A program made the translations under genes and the position numbers. A DNA stretch of 64,000 nt from Bacteroidota bacterium (lineage in GTDB: Bacteria > Bacteroidota > Ignavibacteria > Kryptoniales > JAKASW01), in contig JAMCQL010000037.1 in assembly GCA_023381615.1 (NCBI GenBank), forward strand, positions 288-64,287, given 5' to 3'. This document shows positions 38,978 to 48,913 of the stretch, piece after piece. The notes below the pieces were generated by a model that saw only the letters and a program-made list of their open reading frames with translations, did not search any database and was not told the DNA's origin. Within the stretch, counting starts at the first letter, position 1; each line of letters opens with the position of its first letter.

Positions 38978-40489
38978 ATGAAAGTCGAATTTGTAGAGAA
39001 GAAATTTACTGAGGTCAAAGCTGGCGCGCTGATCCTCGTTTTGACAAAAGAAGATGTTGCGCCTGAAAAAGGATCTCGGAATCAGTCAAGCAAGCTCACT
39101 TCTCTTTTCCGCGAAGACAAGGCGCAAGTCGAAGCAGCAATAAAGGGAAGCGAGTTCAACGGCGATAAGGACCAGCGGCTTACGATCTATTCCGTCGGAA
39201 AACATCGCGTTGTCTTCCTGGTTGGCGTCGGAGAAAAGTCCCAGTTGACGAGCGAGAAAATAAGAAGAGCCGCAGCAGCAGGAATCAAGTCCGCGCAGTC
39301 TTCGAAAGTAATTTCGGTTGTACTTTCAGCGCTCGATTCTTCTGTCGAACAGGTCAGCGACTATGAGACTGTTCATTCGCTGTTGGAAGGCGCGATACTC
39401 GGAGCTTACAAATTTGACAAGTATTTGACGCAGAACAAGAAAAGTTCCAAGATCGACTCGTTTATCGTTGCAATTGAAGATGTCCAATCAGCCATCGGGA
39501 AGAAGGCCGCGAAAGACGCGCATCTCCTTTGTGAAGCTGTTTACCTGGCGCGCGATTTGTCGAACGCTCCTGCGAATGAGATTTATCCGGAAGCGCTCGC
39601 AAACGTTGCCGTGAAGATGGCAAAGAGGTATCATGTACGCGCAAGAATTCTGGACGAGAAGCAAATCAAGAAACTGAAGATGGGCGGACTGCTTGCCGTG
39701 AATTCGGGAAGCGCAAAGCCGCCGCGTTTCATTACGCTTGAATATAAAGGGAATTCAAAGAGCAGGAATTGGTACGCAATCGTTGGAAAGGGGATCACTT
39801 TTGACAGCGGCGGAATTTCGCTGAAGCCTGCCGCCGGAATGGGCGAGATGAAGATGGATATGTCGGGCGCTGCTGTGGTGATTGGAACGATTCAGGCGCT
39901 CGCGTCGTTGAAAATACCCGTGAACGTTGTTGGTATAGCGCCTTCGACTGAAAATCTTCCTGGTGGTTCGGCTTACAAGCCGGGCGATATTGTGACTACG
40001 ATGTCAGGAATTACAATAGAGGTTGACAACACCGATGCTGAGGGCAGAATTATCCTTTCCGACGGACTTTACTACGCTCAAAGATACAGACCGAAAGCGA
40101 TAATCGATCTTGCAACTCTGACCGGCGCCTGCGTGGTCGCGCTTGGTCAACACGCGACAGGGATGTTCGGCACCGGTGAAGATGTCATGGCGCAGCTTAA
40201 AGAAGCCGGTGAGAAAACCTACGAGCGAGTCTGGCAATTGCCGATCTACGAGGAATATGAAAAGCAGATTAAGAGCGACGTCGCTGATGTGAAAAATGTC
40301 GGCGGAAAATGGGCGGGTGCAATCACGGCGGCATTGTTCCTCAAAAAATTTGTGGGCGATTATCCTTGGGTTCATCTTGATATTGCAGGGACGGCGATGC
40401 TCGAAGATGCGACAGATTATGCTCCCAAAGGAGGCTCGGGCGTCGGTGTCCGCCTCCTGACACAATTTTTCAAACAGGTAGCTTCCTAA
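38978..40489 (+). CDS. pepA: leucyl aminopeptidase (M17)
   Basis: 503 aa. ...VGKGITFDSGGISLKP... and NTDAEGRIILSD. Confidence 0.95.
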   Translation: MKVEFVEKKFTEVKAGALILVLTKEDVAPEKGSRNQSSKLTSLFREDKAQVEAAIKGSEFNGDKDQRLTIYSVGKHRVVFLVGVGEKSQLTSEKIRRAAAAGIKSAQSSKVISVVLSALDSSVEQVSDYETVHSLLEGAILGAYKFDKYLTQNKKSSKIDSFIVAIEDVQSAIGKKAAKDAHLLCEAVYLARDLSNAPANEIYPEALANVAVKMAKRYHVRARILDEKQIKKLKMGGLLAVNSGSAKPPRFITLEYKGNSKSRNWYAIVGKGITFDSGGISLKPAAGMGEMKMDMSGAAVVIGTIQALASLKIPVNVVGIAPSTENLPGGSAYKPGDIVTTMSGITIEVDNTDAEGRIILSDGLYYAQRYRPKAIIDLATLTGACVVALGQHATGMFGTGEDVMAQLKEAGEKTYERVWQLPIYEEYEKQIKSDVADVKNVGGKWAGAITAALFLKKFVGDYPWVHLDIAGTAMLEDATDYAPKGGSGVGVRLLTQFFKQVAS

Positions 40490-40573
40490 AACTATTTTAC
40501 CAATTTATTTGTTGGGAAGTGGAAACCAAATTGATTGCTTTTCATCTAATAATAAGAACGAAAGGAGAGGAAA

Positions 40574-40906
40574 ATGGCTAACATAAAAGAAGCAACAACG
40601 GCGACATTTAAGAACGAAGTTTTGGACTCCGCGGAGCCGGTTTTGATAGATTTCTGGGCTCCGTGGTGCGGTCCGTGCAGAATGGTAGCACCGGTAGTCG
40701 AGGAAATCGCTAAAGAATATGACGGAAAAATTAAAGTCATGAAGCTCAACACTGACGAAAATATGGACATTGCGATCCAATACAATATCCTGAGCATTCC
40801 GACGCTCGGCTTCTTCCTTGGCGGACAAATGGTCGACAGAATTATCGGGGCAGTTCCCAAGAAAGTTATTGTTGAGAAAATCGGTAAAACTTTTCAGACT
40901 AATTAA
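40574..40906 (+). CDS. trxA: thioredoxin
   Basis: 110 aa, with the FWAPWCGPC active site. Confidence 0.95.
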   Translation: MANIKEATTATFKNEVLDSAEPVLIDFWAPWCGPCRMVAPVVEEIAKEYDGKIKVMKLNTDENMDIAIQYNILSIPTLGFFLGGQMVDRIIGAVPKKVIVEKIGKTFQTN

Positions 40907-40916
40907 AGGAAAGACA

Positions 40917-41558
40917 ATGGCGTTCATTCAAGAGGAAGACACGGCTGAGATTAAGGAGCAGATCGGCGAACTGACAAATGAGGTCAAGGTCCTTTTATTT
41001 ACGCAGAGTGAGAACTGCCAGTACTGCGGAGAAGCAGAGGGAATTCTCGAAGAGCTTTCACAGCTCATTGATAAAATAAAATTCGAGAAGTTTGACATTG
41101 AGCGCGATGCAGAAGCAGCGAAGAAGTATGATATAAAACGCGCGCCCGCCATCGTTGTCATGGGCGAAAAAGACTACGGCATCAGATACTATGGACTCCC
41201 GGCAGGATACGAGTTCGTCGCGTTGATGAACGCAATTCGCATGGTTGGGACCAACAATTCCGAACTTGCTGTGGAAACCGTTCAGCAACTTTCTCAGGTA
41301 ACCAAGCCTGTGCACATACAGGTTTTCGTGACGCCGTCGTGTCCTTACTGTCCGAGCGCTGTTACGCTATCTCATCAGTTTGCAATGGCAAGCGATCTCG
41401 TGACTGCGGACGCAGTCGAAGCGTCGGAATTCCCGGAGCTTGCGATGCAGTACAACGTTCGCGGCGTTCCGAGAATTGTGGTGAATGAAGAACATCATTT
41501 CGAAGGTGCACTGCCGGAGCAGTGGTTCGTCGAAGAAGTTTTGAAAGCGGTGAACTAA
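40917..41558 (+). CDS. glutaredoxin-like protein disulfide oxidoreductase (two thioredoxin folds, PDO type)
   Basis: ATG at 40917. Two CxxC sites (CQYC and CPYC) about 110 aa apart. ...VFVTPSCPYCPSAV...GVPRIVVN... matches the archaeal/thermophile PDO layout. Confidence 0.75.
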   Translation: MAFIQEEDTAEIKEQIGELTNEVKVLLFTQSENCQYCGEAEGILEELSQLIDKIKFEKFDIERDAEAAKKYDIKRAPAIVVMGEKDYGIRYYGLPAGYEFVALMNAIRMVGTNNSELAVETVQQLSQVTKPVHIQVFVTPSCPYCPSAVTLSHQFAMASDLVTADAVEASEFPELAMQYNVRGVPRIVVNEEHHFEGALPEQWFVEEVLKAVN

Positions 41559-42133
41559 TGAAAATGCATAGACACAGATTTGAAGCAAAGTTCCATAAGA
41601 GGCTTGAATCGGCTTACAGGCGAAGGATACTTCCGCCGACTGCGACGCTGAAAAAATTTGGATTGAAAAAAGGAATGAACGTCGCTGATATCGGCGCTGG
41701 CTCCGGATATTTTCTGATTCCCGCTGCCCGAGTTGCCGGCAAGGATGCAAAAGTATATGCTGTGGACGCATCGAAGGAAATGCTCGCAGTATTGAAAGGC
41801 AAGAGACCTCCATCGAATGTCGAGTTGGTCCACACAAAGGACGGTTACTCATTCAGAATCGATTCGAATACTGTCGATTACGTCGTTGCGAGCGCAATAC
41901 TGCACGAAAATGAACCGGTGAAATTTCTGAAGGAAATCAGAAGAATAATGAAGGCGGGAGCCACGCTTCTCATCATTGAATGGAGAAAAGAATCTCTTCG
42001 ATATGGGCCCCCCACGGAGGAACGTTTGTCTCCAGAAGAGGTAAAATCTTTTCTGGCGAAAAGCAAGCTGAAGGCAACGAAGGCGGCGGTTCTCAATTCG
42101 AGATATTACGCCGTCGTGGCGAAAAAAGTTTAG
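41558..42133 (+). CDS. class I SAM-dependent methyltransferase
   Basis: The start overlaps the upstream stop (TAATG). Motif I VADIGAGSGYF, and ...ASAILHE... Confidence 0.8.
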   Translation: MKMHRHRFEAKFHKRLESAYRRRILPPTATLKKFGLKKGMNVADIGAGSGYFLIPAARVAGKDAKVYAVDASKEMLAVLKGKRPPSNVELVHTKDGYSFRIDSNTVDYVVASAILHENEPVKFLKEIRRIMKAGATLLIIEWRKESLRYGPPTEERLSPEEVKSFLAKSKLKATKAAVLNSRYYAVVAKKV

Positions 42134-42143
42134 GAGAAAAGTT

Positions 42144-42341
42144 GTGGACATCAAGAAGCTGACAGGCAGAAAAAATCTTACGAAAGTGTTATTCGTCGTT
42201 GTCGGGGCAATTGCCGGATATGCCTATTATCATTTTATCGGCTGCGCAACCGGGACATGCCCGATTACCGGCAATCCTTATGTCAGCACGATGTACGGCG
42301 GACTCATGGGATTCACACTCGGAATGGTAAAAGAGGATTAG
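42144..42341 (+). CDS. small membrane protein with a GC..G.CP motif (possibly DUF6132-like)
   Basis: 65 aa with two TM helices flanking HFIGCATGTCPITGNPYVS. Confidence 0.6.
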   Translation: MDIKKLTGRKNLTKVLFVVVGAIAGYAYYHFIGCATGTCPITGNPYVSTMYGGLMGFTLGMVKED

Positions 42342-42344
42342 TTT

Positions 42345-42731
42345 ATGTTGTTTCTGGTTTATATTCTCCTCGGGATTTTTATTGCGTTCATGGGGATGCA
42401 GTATTTAATGATCTTGCGAAGCAAGAAAAATAAAGGCAAACGCGTAGAGCAAGTCAGCGGGAAGCTTGGCAAAATGATGCTCAGAGGACAAAAAGCGATG
42501 GTTTATTTTTATTCTCCGACGTGCCGCGCGTGCAAAGTCCAGACACCAATAATCGACAGGCTGATTTCCGACGGACATGAAATTCAGAAGGTCGATATTT
42601 CAAGAGACATCTCTACGGCGAGAAAGTTTGGCGTCATGGCGACACCGACAACAGTTGTTCTTGAAGGAGACAAAATCGTGGAGTTTCTTGTCGGAGCGAA
42701 AACAGAAGAAAAGCTTAGAAGGTATTTTTAG
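42345..42731 (+). CDS. membrane-anchored thioredoxin-family protein
   Basis: 128 aa. An N-terminal TM helix, then FYSPTCRACK (CxxC). Confidence 0.8.
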   Translation: MLFLVYILLGIFIAFMGMQYLMILRSKKNKGKRVEQVSGKLGKMMLRGQKAMVYFYSPTCRACKVQTPIIDRLISDGHEIQKVDISRDISTARKFGVMATPTTVVLEGDKIVEFLVGAKTEEKLRRYF

Positions 42732-42778
42732 CTGAACGAGATGAAATAATGACGAAGACAGACGAAAGGTAAAGTAAA

Positions 42779-43372
42779 ATGGCACACAAAGTAAAACAAA
42801 AAAGTTTTCTCGAGAAGAACATACATTTTGTAGTCATAGCCGTTGTGCTCCTGGTCGTTGGGGCGATCTATTTGAATAAATCGAACAGCAGCAATACAGC
42901 GTCTACGGCCGGAGCTCCCACTGAAGCTGCAGCAATGGAGAGTCCGAGCGAAGGCAAGCTCGCTCCAGATTTCACTCTGACTTCGACAGACGGCAAACAA
43001 ATAAAGCTTTCCAACTACCGAGGGAAAGTGGTTATTGTCGATTTCTGGGCAACATGGTGCCCGCCATGTAAAGCGGAGATACCGGATTTCATCAGACTTT
43101 ATTCCCAATACAAAGACAGCGGATTCCAAATGCTCGGCATTTCTCTCGACCAAGGCGGACTCAGCGATGTTCTGCCGTTCATGAAACAATATGGAATCAA
43201 CTACCCGATCATGCTCGGCACAGACCAAGTGGTTGACGCCTACGGAGGAATAAGAGGAATACCGACGACGTTTGTAATCGACAAGCACGGTTATATTCGC
43301 GGCGCGTTCGAGGGCTACAGGCCGGCATCAGTTTTTCAAAATCTTATCCAGCAATTAACAAAAGAAAAATGA
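42779..43372 (+). CDS. TlpA/ResA-family thiol:disulfide oxidoreductase
   Basis: 197 aa with a signal anchor. APDFTL...GKVVIVDFWATWCPPCKAEIP... Confidence 0.9.
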   Translation: MAHKVKQKSFLEKNIHFVVIAVVLLVVGAIYLNKSNSSNTASTAGAPTEAAAMESPSEGKLAPDFTLTSTDGKQIKLSNYRGKVVIVDFWATWCPPCKAEIPDFIRLYSQYKDSGFQMLGISLDQGGLSDVLPFMKQYGINYPIMLGTDQVVDAYGGIRGIPTTFVIDKHGYIRGAFEGYRPASVFQNLIQQLTKEK

Positions 43373-43415
43373 AGATAATTCATTTCGAATCCGAAGGCTG
43401 TGCGTACATTAAGTC

Positions 43416-43592
43416 GTGAATACATTCCTTTTGGCAATCCTCGGAACGATCGGCGGAGCAATAGCGGGTTTCCTGATTGGGAATTTTTTTGAATCGCGGA
43501 CACTCGGCGCGTGTCCGCTTTTTTGTAATCCCAAAGTCAGCACAGTTTTCTTTGCCATCATCGGGCTTCTGCTGGCTTCGGGTGGAAAATAA
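43416..43592 (+). CDS. unlisted 58-aa small membrane protein, paralog of 42144..42341
   Basis: Below the ORF-track size cut-off. GTG start. VNTFLLAILGTIGGAIAGFLIGNFFESRTLGACPLFCNPKVSTVFFAIIGLLLASGGK has the same two-TM layout and Cys..CP..NP.VS motif as the 65-aa protein. Confidence 0.5.
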   Translation: MNTFLLAILGTIGGAIAGFLIGNFFESRTLGACPLFCNPKVSTVFFAIIGLLLASGGK

Positions 43593-43612
43593 GAACAGCG
43601 GAGAATTTTTAC

Positions 43613-44023
43613 ATGAAAATAGAGTTGAAGCAAGTTCAGGGAAACACATACCTCGGCAAGGCAGATTCGAATCATTGGGTGCCGATAGATGCTTCTCTTA
43701 ACGACGACGGAAGCAATGCCGGGACGCGGCCGATGGAACTTGTACTGATTGCGCTTGGCGGGTGCACGGCGATGGACGTAGAATCTATTTTGAAGAAGAA
43801 ACGCGCAGACATGCAGAAACTTGAGCTTGAGATTTCTGCCGAGCGCGCGAATGAACACCCGAAAGTTTTTACGAAGATCCACATCACTTATACCATCTAC
43901 GGAAATGTCAGGCAGACCGACGCAGAACATGCAGTCTCGCTGTCGCAGGAAAAGTATTGCTCCGTCTCAGCGATGCTCAAGTCCACTGCCGAAGTAACTT
44001 ACGATATTAAAATCGTAGAGTAA
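43613..44023 (+). CDS. OsmC/Ohr-family peroxiredoxin-like protein
   Basis: 136 aa. ...PMELVLIALGGCTAMDVESIL... and ...KYCSVSAML... provide the two conserved Cys. Confidence 0.85.
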   Translation: MKIELKQVQGNTYLGKADSNHWVPIDASLNDDGSNAGTRPMELVLIALGGCTAMDVESILKKKRADMQKLELEISAERANEHPKVFTKIHITYTIYGNVRQTDAEHAVSLSQEKYCSVSAMLKSTAEVTYDIKIVE

Positions 44024-44129
44024 GCAAGTCAAAGGTCAAAACTCATATCAGAGTTACCAACTCGCACCGAAGCATCTTCTCCTCCTTTTAGGGGAAGATT
44101 GAGAGGGGGTTCATATCGTTACTCGAAGC

Positions 44130-44915
44130 TCAAAGATTCAGTTTGAGCTTGCCGTCCCACTTTTCTCTCATCTCCTCAAGGAATTCGTAATGCGTAAGAT
44201 CGAAATGTATCGGGGAAATTGAAACATATCCATTCTTCAAAGCAACCTGATCTGTGTCGTCATCGCGATCCACGATGTTCATTTTACCCGCAAGCCAGTA
44301 GTAATCCTTGTTCTTGGGGTCCTTCCTCTGGAAAAATTCGTCGTTCCATCTGGACTTGCCCTGTCGCGTAATCTTCACTCCCTTGATTTGTTTTGCCGGC
44401 AAGGCGGGAACATTGATGTTTAGAATCGTATCCGGCGGCAAACCATTTGCGCAAACATATTTTGCTGTAATCGCCGCGACCTTCGCCGCGACTATGAAGT
44501 CGGGATGTCGAGATGTCTCTAATGAGATTGCTATCGCGGGAATTCCGAGAATCGTTCCTTCGGTTGCCGCGCTCACAGTTCCTGAGTAGATTACATTGAC
44601 AGCGGTGTTCAGTCCGTCATTTATTCCGGAGACCACGAGGTTAGGTTTTTCTTTCAGCAATGCTCTGATGGCAAGTTTGACGCTGTCGGCAGGAGTTCCG
44701 TCGACAGCGTAACCAAAAAGCTTACCATCTCTGTGAAATTCATGGACACGCAGCGGAGTTCTAACGGTGATCGCATGACCGACAGCGCTTTGTTGAATGC
44801 TCGGTGCTACAACTGACACTCTTGCGAATTTTTTAAGCGACTTCACGAGCGTGAACAATCCCGGCGCGTCGATTCCGTCGTCGTTCGAAACGAGTATGAG
44901 AGGTTTTTTCTTCAT
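44130..44915 (-). CDS. surE: 5'/3'-nucleotidase SurE
   Basis: MKKKPLILVSNDDGIDAPG...GINDGLN...YSGTVSAA... Confidence 0.95.
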   Translation of the reverse strand: MKKKPLILVSNDDGIDAPGLFTLVKSLKKFARVSVVAPSIQQSAVGHAITVRTPLRVHEFHRDGKLFGYAVDGTPADSVKLAIRALLKEKPNLVVSGINDGLNTAVNVIYSGTVSAATEGTILGIPAIAISLETSRHPDFIVAAKVAAITAKYVCANGLPPDTILNINVPALPAKQIKGVKITRQGKSRWNDEFFQRKDPKNKDYYWLAGKMNIVDRDDDTDQVALKNGYVSISPIHFDLTHYEFLEEMREKWDGKLKLNL

Positions 44916-45308
44916 AATAAAATTTAGTAGAAAAAAGAGTCAGTTCCATAAGAAATAGGAATGCACTAAAAACCGAATAGAGAGAGATTGCTTTAAAAAC
45001 GGAGCATTCTACAAAATTCCGAAGGTCTTTGCAGAAATTCAGGGTAACCGTTGGGAGCGACTATTTTCGAAGAAAGCATTTGTTCCTTCCAAAGAAATTG
45101 CTTATTATTACTCTAAGGATTGACCATGAGATCAGTCATAAAGCGCCCTATGCGAGGCGTAACGCTGTGTGAGCGAATTCAATGAAAGTGAGTCCTCTTC
45201 GCGCAAACCTCTTCACGACTGGTCATAATCATTTCTCGGTAGCCCTTACAGTTCCCAAATGGACGCATGGGACAAACAAACATCATTCAACAATTTTGAG
45301 GAGTTAAG

Positions 45309-45644
45309 ATGAACATCTATGTAGGCAACATTTCGAGGGACCTGAGCGAGGAGGAATTGCGTGAAGCGTTTTCAGCCTTTGGACAGGTTTCAACGGTAAA
45401 CATTATCAAGGATAAATTTACCGGCGAGTATCGCGGTTTCGCTTTCGTTGAAATGCCGACGAAAGAAGAAGCTCAGGCTGCCATCAACGGTCTGAACGGC
45501 AAAGAGTTGAAGGGAAGAGCGATTAGCGTCAATGAAGCTCGCCCGCGCAACGACGACCGCAGAGGCGGCGGTGGCGGCAACCGTCCAAGAAGAGGCGGAA
45601 GCGGCGGCGGCTTTGGCGGCGGCGGCGGACGTCGCAGATTCTAG
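45309..45644 (+). CDS. RRM-type RNA-binding protein with Gly/Arg-rich tail
   Basis: RNP2 IYVGNI, RNP1 RGFAFVEM, and a C-terminal RRGGGGGNRPRRGGSGGGFGGGGGRRRF tail. Confidence 0.9.
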   Translation: MNIYVGNISRDLSEEELREAFSAFGQVSTVNIIKDKFTGEYRGFAFVEMPTKEEAQAAINGLNGKELKGRAISVNEARPRNDDRRGGGGGNRPRRGGSGGGFGGGGGRRRF

Positions 45645-45652
45645 TTTTTTCG

Positions 45653-45693
45653 CGACAGGCAGTCTGCACACAAGGCTGCCTGTCGGCCTTTTT
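45653..45693 (+). terminator. rho-independent terminator after the RRM gene
   Basis: CGACAGGCAG...CTGCCTGTCG (10-bp stem) followed by GCCTTTTT. Confidence 0.75.
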
Positions 45694-45821
45694 ACTTCAT
45701 CGATTTCCCATCTTAAGTTCAGAGGATAGCGGATAAGGCTGGGTGGGCTGGCTTGAGATGGAACAAGTCAGTGGTACCCCCTTTCAGCCTTGAAAAGCAG
45801 TTCGAAGAAGGAGACGCACCA

Positions 45822-47360
45822 ATGTGGCATGAATTTTTTCTTCACGCAGGACATATTGGGTACTGGCAGATTAACCGACTGTCCACGGTATGTAAGGTGA
45901 GAACGTGGGCAACAGTAGCTCTTCTTCTATGCTTTTCGCTGACCGGATGCGACAATTCAACGAGGGCGTTCTTCACGCATCCCGGCCGCCAGATTGTCAG
46001 AGAACTGGAGACCAGGCGACTTGTAATGCTGGGAGACTTCAAACACGGCGATGCTCTTTCCTACCACTCTGTGACATCCGTTTTGAATGACTGGGTCGAT
46101 ATGCTCTCAGAAGGGAAGGCCGTTCCCCGTCATTTGACGTTGGTCCTAGAAGGCGGTGACAGTGATATTTCTGTTTTAAGAAACTACATGCTCACTGGTA
46201 ATGAGAGCCCTTTGATAAGATTCTGGATCATTGATGGGCAACTTGAACGATTGGAATTCTTCGACAATTTGAGGCGCATCTCACTTAGAATTGATAGCTT
46301 GGATGAAACCCTGGCAGGAAATTATAGGATTTCTTTTCGGCTTCTGGGCGGAGAAGCGATCAGTGAATATTCGCCTTCCAGCCAGGCCATGATGAAATGG
46401 CCTTGGCCGCAGGCCTTTCGCTATTTTGTTACGAAGAGGGACAGCTTGGCGGCCTTGAAAATAGAGAGATATTTTGAGTCAAACCCGTCTCAAAAAGGAT
46501 TGATTTTCTATGGAACTGCTCACCTTAACGACTGCTACGTTAACAAAGCTAAGAGTTTAGGGGTCCCTGATACTGCGAACAGCGATGGATACTACCTCGC
46601 CCACTACCTGAAACGCTATTTTGGCAATGACAGCGTGTTGAGTGTTTTCCAAGTAGCGGTGCCTCCCGATGGCTCCAGATTCAGAGATGTACCAACGGAG
46701 CCAAGAGACACAGAGGATCTGCTTGTATATCACTACAGAGACAAACATTCTCCTGCCGTGAATCAGTACTATGACGCCGTCGTTTTCCATTATGAAAATC
46801 TGACTATGAGTCATCCCCTTTATTATGTATTTAGCAAAAGAGCGATAAAAGATTGCATTAGCACTCTGAAGATGGTCCATCCTTTCCTGCCAGGTTACGC
46901 TGCGACAGCATACTACAACAGAGCAATGTGGGGGCTGCGAGACGCGACCGGCAAGACGTTTGTGACTCCCCGTCAATGGGAGTCGTGGTACAAGACCCAC
47001 CCGTACGACGGACTGACAAGGTTATCGTCACCAGCCTTCGAAAATCCAATGTTCAGGGCCTATCGTGAAGACAACGCCCACTTCAAAGTCTGGACGACAG
47101 TGTATTCGCTGCTTTCCGGGCTCCCGTCTTCTTACTTCACGGTACCCGATAGACTCGACTCTACTCAATTCGCAGATGCATCCGTCGGAATTCTGAAGAA
47201 AGTCGAATGCGGAAACGCAATAGGTATCTACTGGATCGGCTACCCGGATGAACAGAAGGAAGCACATCAATGGCTGGTAAAATATACCGGGAAGAATTTT
47301 CCTACGCCGGATCAGTATTTGAAATGGTGGAGACATGTTGTTTTCAATGCGGATTACTGA
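45822..47360 (+). CDS. hypothetical lipoprotein
   Basis: ORF 45753..47360. ATG 45822 follows AAGGAGA. Lipobox LLLCFSLTGC. No firm family assignment; LVMLGDFKHGD...GTAHLND is faintly ChaN/erythromycin-esterase-like. Confidence 0.6.
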   Translation: MWHEFFLHAGHIGYWQINRLSTVCKVRTWATVALLLCFSLTGCDNSTRAFFTHPGRQIVRELETRRLVMLGDFKHGDALSYHSVTSVLNDWVDMLSEGKAVPRHLTLVLEGGDSDISVLRNYMLTGNESPLIRFWIIDGQLERLEFFDNLRRISLRIDSLDETLAGNYRISFRLLGGEAISEYSPSSQAMMKWPWPQAFRYFVTKRDSLAALKIERYFESNPSQKGLIFYGTAHLNDCYVNKAKSLGVPDTANSDGYYLAHYLKRYFGNDSVLSVFQVAVPPDGSRFRDVPTEPRDTEDLLVYHYRDKHSPAVNQYYDAVVFHYENLTMSHPLYYVFSKRAIKDCISTLKMVHPFLPGYAATAYYNRAMWGLRDATGKTFVTPRQWESWYKTHPYDGLTRLSSPAFENPMFRAYREDNAHFKVWTTVYSLLSGLPSSYFTVPDRLDSTQFADASVGILKKVECGNAIGIYWIGYPDEQKEAHQWLVKYTGKNFPTPDQYLKWWRHVVFNADY

Positions 47361-47507
47361 TGGTACTTCGCTTCGGAAAACGGTACCTGTTCGACAATTG
47401 TCCTGTTTACCGAGGAACCACAGGACTATTTGAGAATGGACAGAAAGCGTTTCTATGATGCACCGTATTAGAGAAGTATCACAGACAAAATAAAAGGACA
47501 CACCATC

Positions 47508-48407
47508 ATGGAAACTCAAGACAGCTTGCAGCTATTCTGGATTATCGGGGGGATCGTCGTATTTCTGATTTTTCTCTGGGGCATTCGTATCGTACGGCCG
47601 ACTCATCGCGGACTCGTTGAGCGCCTCGGAAAGTACAAGAAATTTGCTCAGCCGGGTTTCCACTGGCTCATTCCGATGATTGACAGAATGGTAAAGATCA
47701 ACATCACGGAGACGATGGTTGGCGCAGAGCCGCAGGAGATCATCACTAACGACAATCTTAATGCAACGGTGGACGCTCAAATTTATTACAAGATTAAAGA
47801 GGACGAAGAAAGTGTTAAGAAAAGCCAATACAGCGTGAAGAGTATCGAGTATCAAATCGTGAATCTGACACGAACGACGCTGAGAAACATTCTCGGCACA
47901 CTCACATTGAAATCTGCCAACAGCGAGCGCGGCAGGATTAACAAAGAGCTGATCGATATCCTTATCAGGGAAACCGGCAGTTGGGGGATCGACATTGCAC
48001 GAGCCGAGCTAAAAGAGATCGACCCGCCGAAGGATGTGCAGGAGACAATGAATAAGATCGTGAAGGCGGAGAATGAAAAGATCGCTGCTGTAGATTTTGC
48101 CACTGCCGCAGAGACAACAGCTGACGGCGAGAAGCGCGCTGCAATCAAACGAGCCGAAGGGATAAAGCAGTCACAAATTCTCCAAGCTGAAGGCGAAGCG
48201 GAGGCCATCAGGTTAGTCAACGAAGCAGCCGACAAGTATTTCGTCGGCAATGCCCAACTGTTGAAACGCTTGGAAACAGTACAGGCGTCGTTGCAACAGA
48301 ACACGAAGATCGTTGTCCCGGCCAATCAGGAGCTTGTGAATGTCATTGGAGACATGGCAGGAATTCTCCCGGTCAAGAATTCAAAAGGTGGGGGAAGCGT
48401 ACAATGA
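47508..48407 (+). CDS. SPFH/band-7 (stomatin/HflK-like) membrane protein
   Basis: 299 aa. An N-terminal TM helix, then IVRPTHRGLVERLGKY...PGFHWLIPMIDR... and a coiled-coil Ala/Glu-rich tail. Confidence 0.9.
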   Translation: METQDSLQLFWIIGGIVVFLIFLWGIRIVRPTHRGLVERLGKYKKFAQPGFHWLIPMIDRMVKINITETMVGAEPQEIITNDNLNATVDAQIYYKIKEDEESVKKSQYSVKSIEYQIVNLTRTTLRNILGTLTLKSANSERGRINKELIDILIRETGSWGIDIARAELKEIDPPKDVQETMNKIVKAENEKIAAVDFATAAETTADGEKRAAIKRAEGIKQSQILQAEGEAEAIRLVNEAADKYFVGNAQLLKRLETVQASLQQNTKIVVPANQELVNVIGDMAGILPVKNSKGGGSVQ

Positions 48408-48913
48408 GCCAAACCGAGGAAGAATTTAGGAATGATAAGAATGACGAATTTGATTGTTCGAACTGTGGGAAAGTGGTCAACGAGGACGACGATTTTTGCC
48501 CGCACTGCGGATCAATCTTTTCCGAGGATGTGTACTGCGATAAACATAATCGTACGGAAGCATCCGGAGTGTGTGTGATTTGCGGCTTGCCTTGCTGTGA
48601 CGAGTGCGGCACTGTCGTGAATGAATATTTCCTTTGTAATCATCACAGCAATTACGAGATTTTCGAAGGGATGGTCAAAGTGTTCAGTACCAACGACAGT
48701 GCCGATGCCGAATTCGCAAAATCGCGTCTTGATGAGGCCGGCTTGCATACCACTTTGCTTCACTCGCACAGGTTCAGAGGCATGAAGCGAGTTGAGTATG
48801 AAATTTACGAGGGAGAGGAAGAGTTTAACGCCCGCGAGATAAAGGTAATGGTGCATTGCGGGGAGGTGGCGGATGCTGAGAGCGTTCTCAAGGAGCCTCC
48901 TGCGATAAACTGA
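48404..48913 (+). CDS. zinc-ribbon protein with a C-terminal DUF2007-like domain
   Basis: 169 aa. CSNCG...CPHCG and CVICGLPCCDECG. The start overlaps the SPFH stop (ATGA). Confidence 0.6.
   Translation: MSQTEEEFRNDKNDEFDCSNCGKVVNEDDDFCPHCGSIFSEDVYCDKHNRTEASGVCVICGLPCCDECGTVVNEYFLCNHHSNYEIFEGMVKVFSTNDSADAEFAKSRLDEAGLHTTLLHSHRFRGMKRVEYEIYEGEEEFNAREIKVMVHCGEVADAESVLKEPPAIN

Noticed and set aside
43381-43400. TTCGAATCC, which resembles a tRNA T-loop
   Set aside because: The flanking bases cannot form a T stem, and no acceptor, D or anticodon arms are present.
45120-45300. Possible sigma-70 promoter (TTGACC at about 45121) or a cold-shock-type leader upstream of the RRM gene
   Set aside because: No -10 element lies at the proper spacing, and I could not define a convincing conserved structure from a single sequence.
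45390-45729. Ala-rich ORFs overlapping the RRM gene tail
   Set aside because: They are alternative or reverse frames of the GGC-repeat that encodes the Gly/Arg tail.
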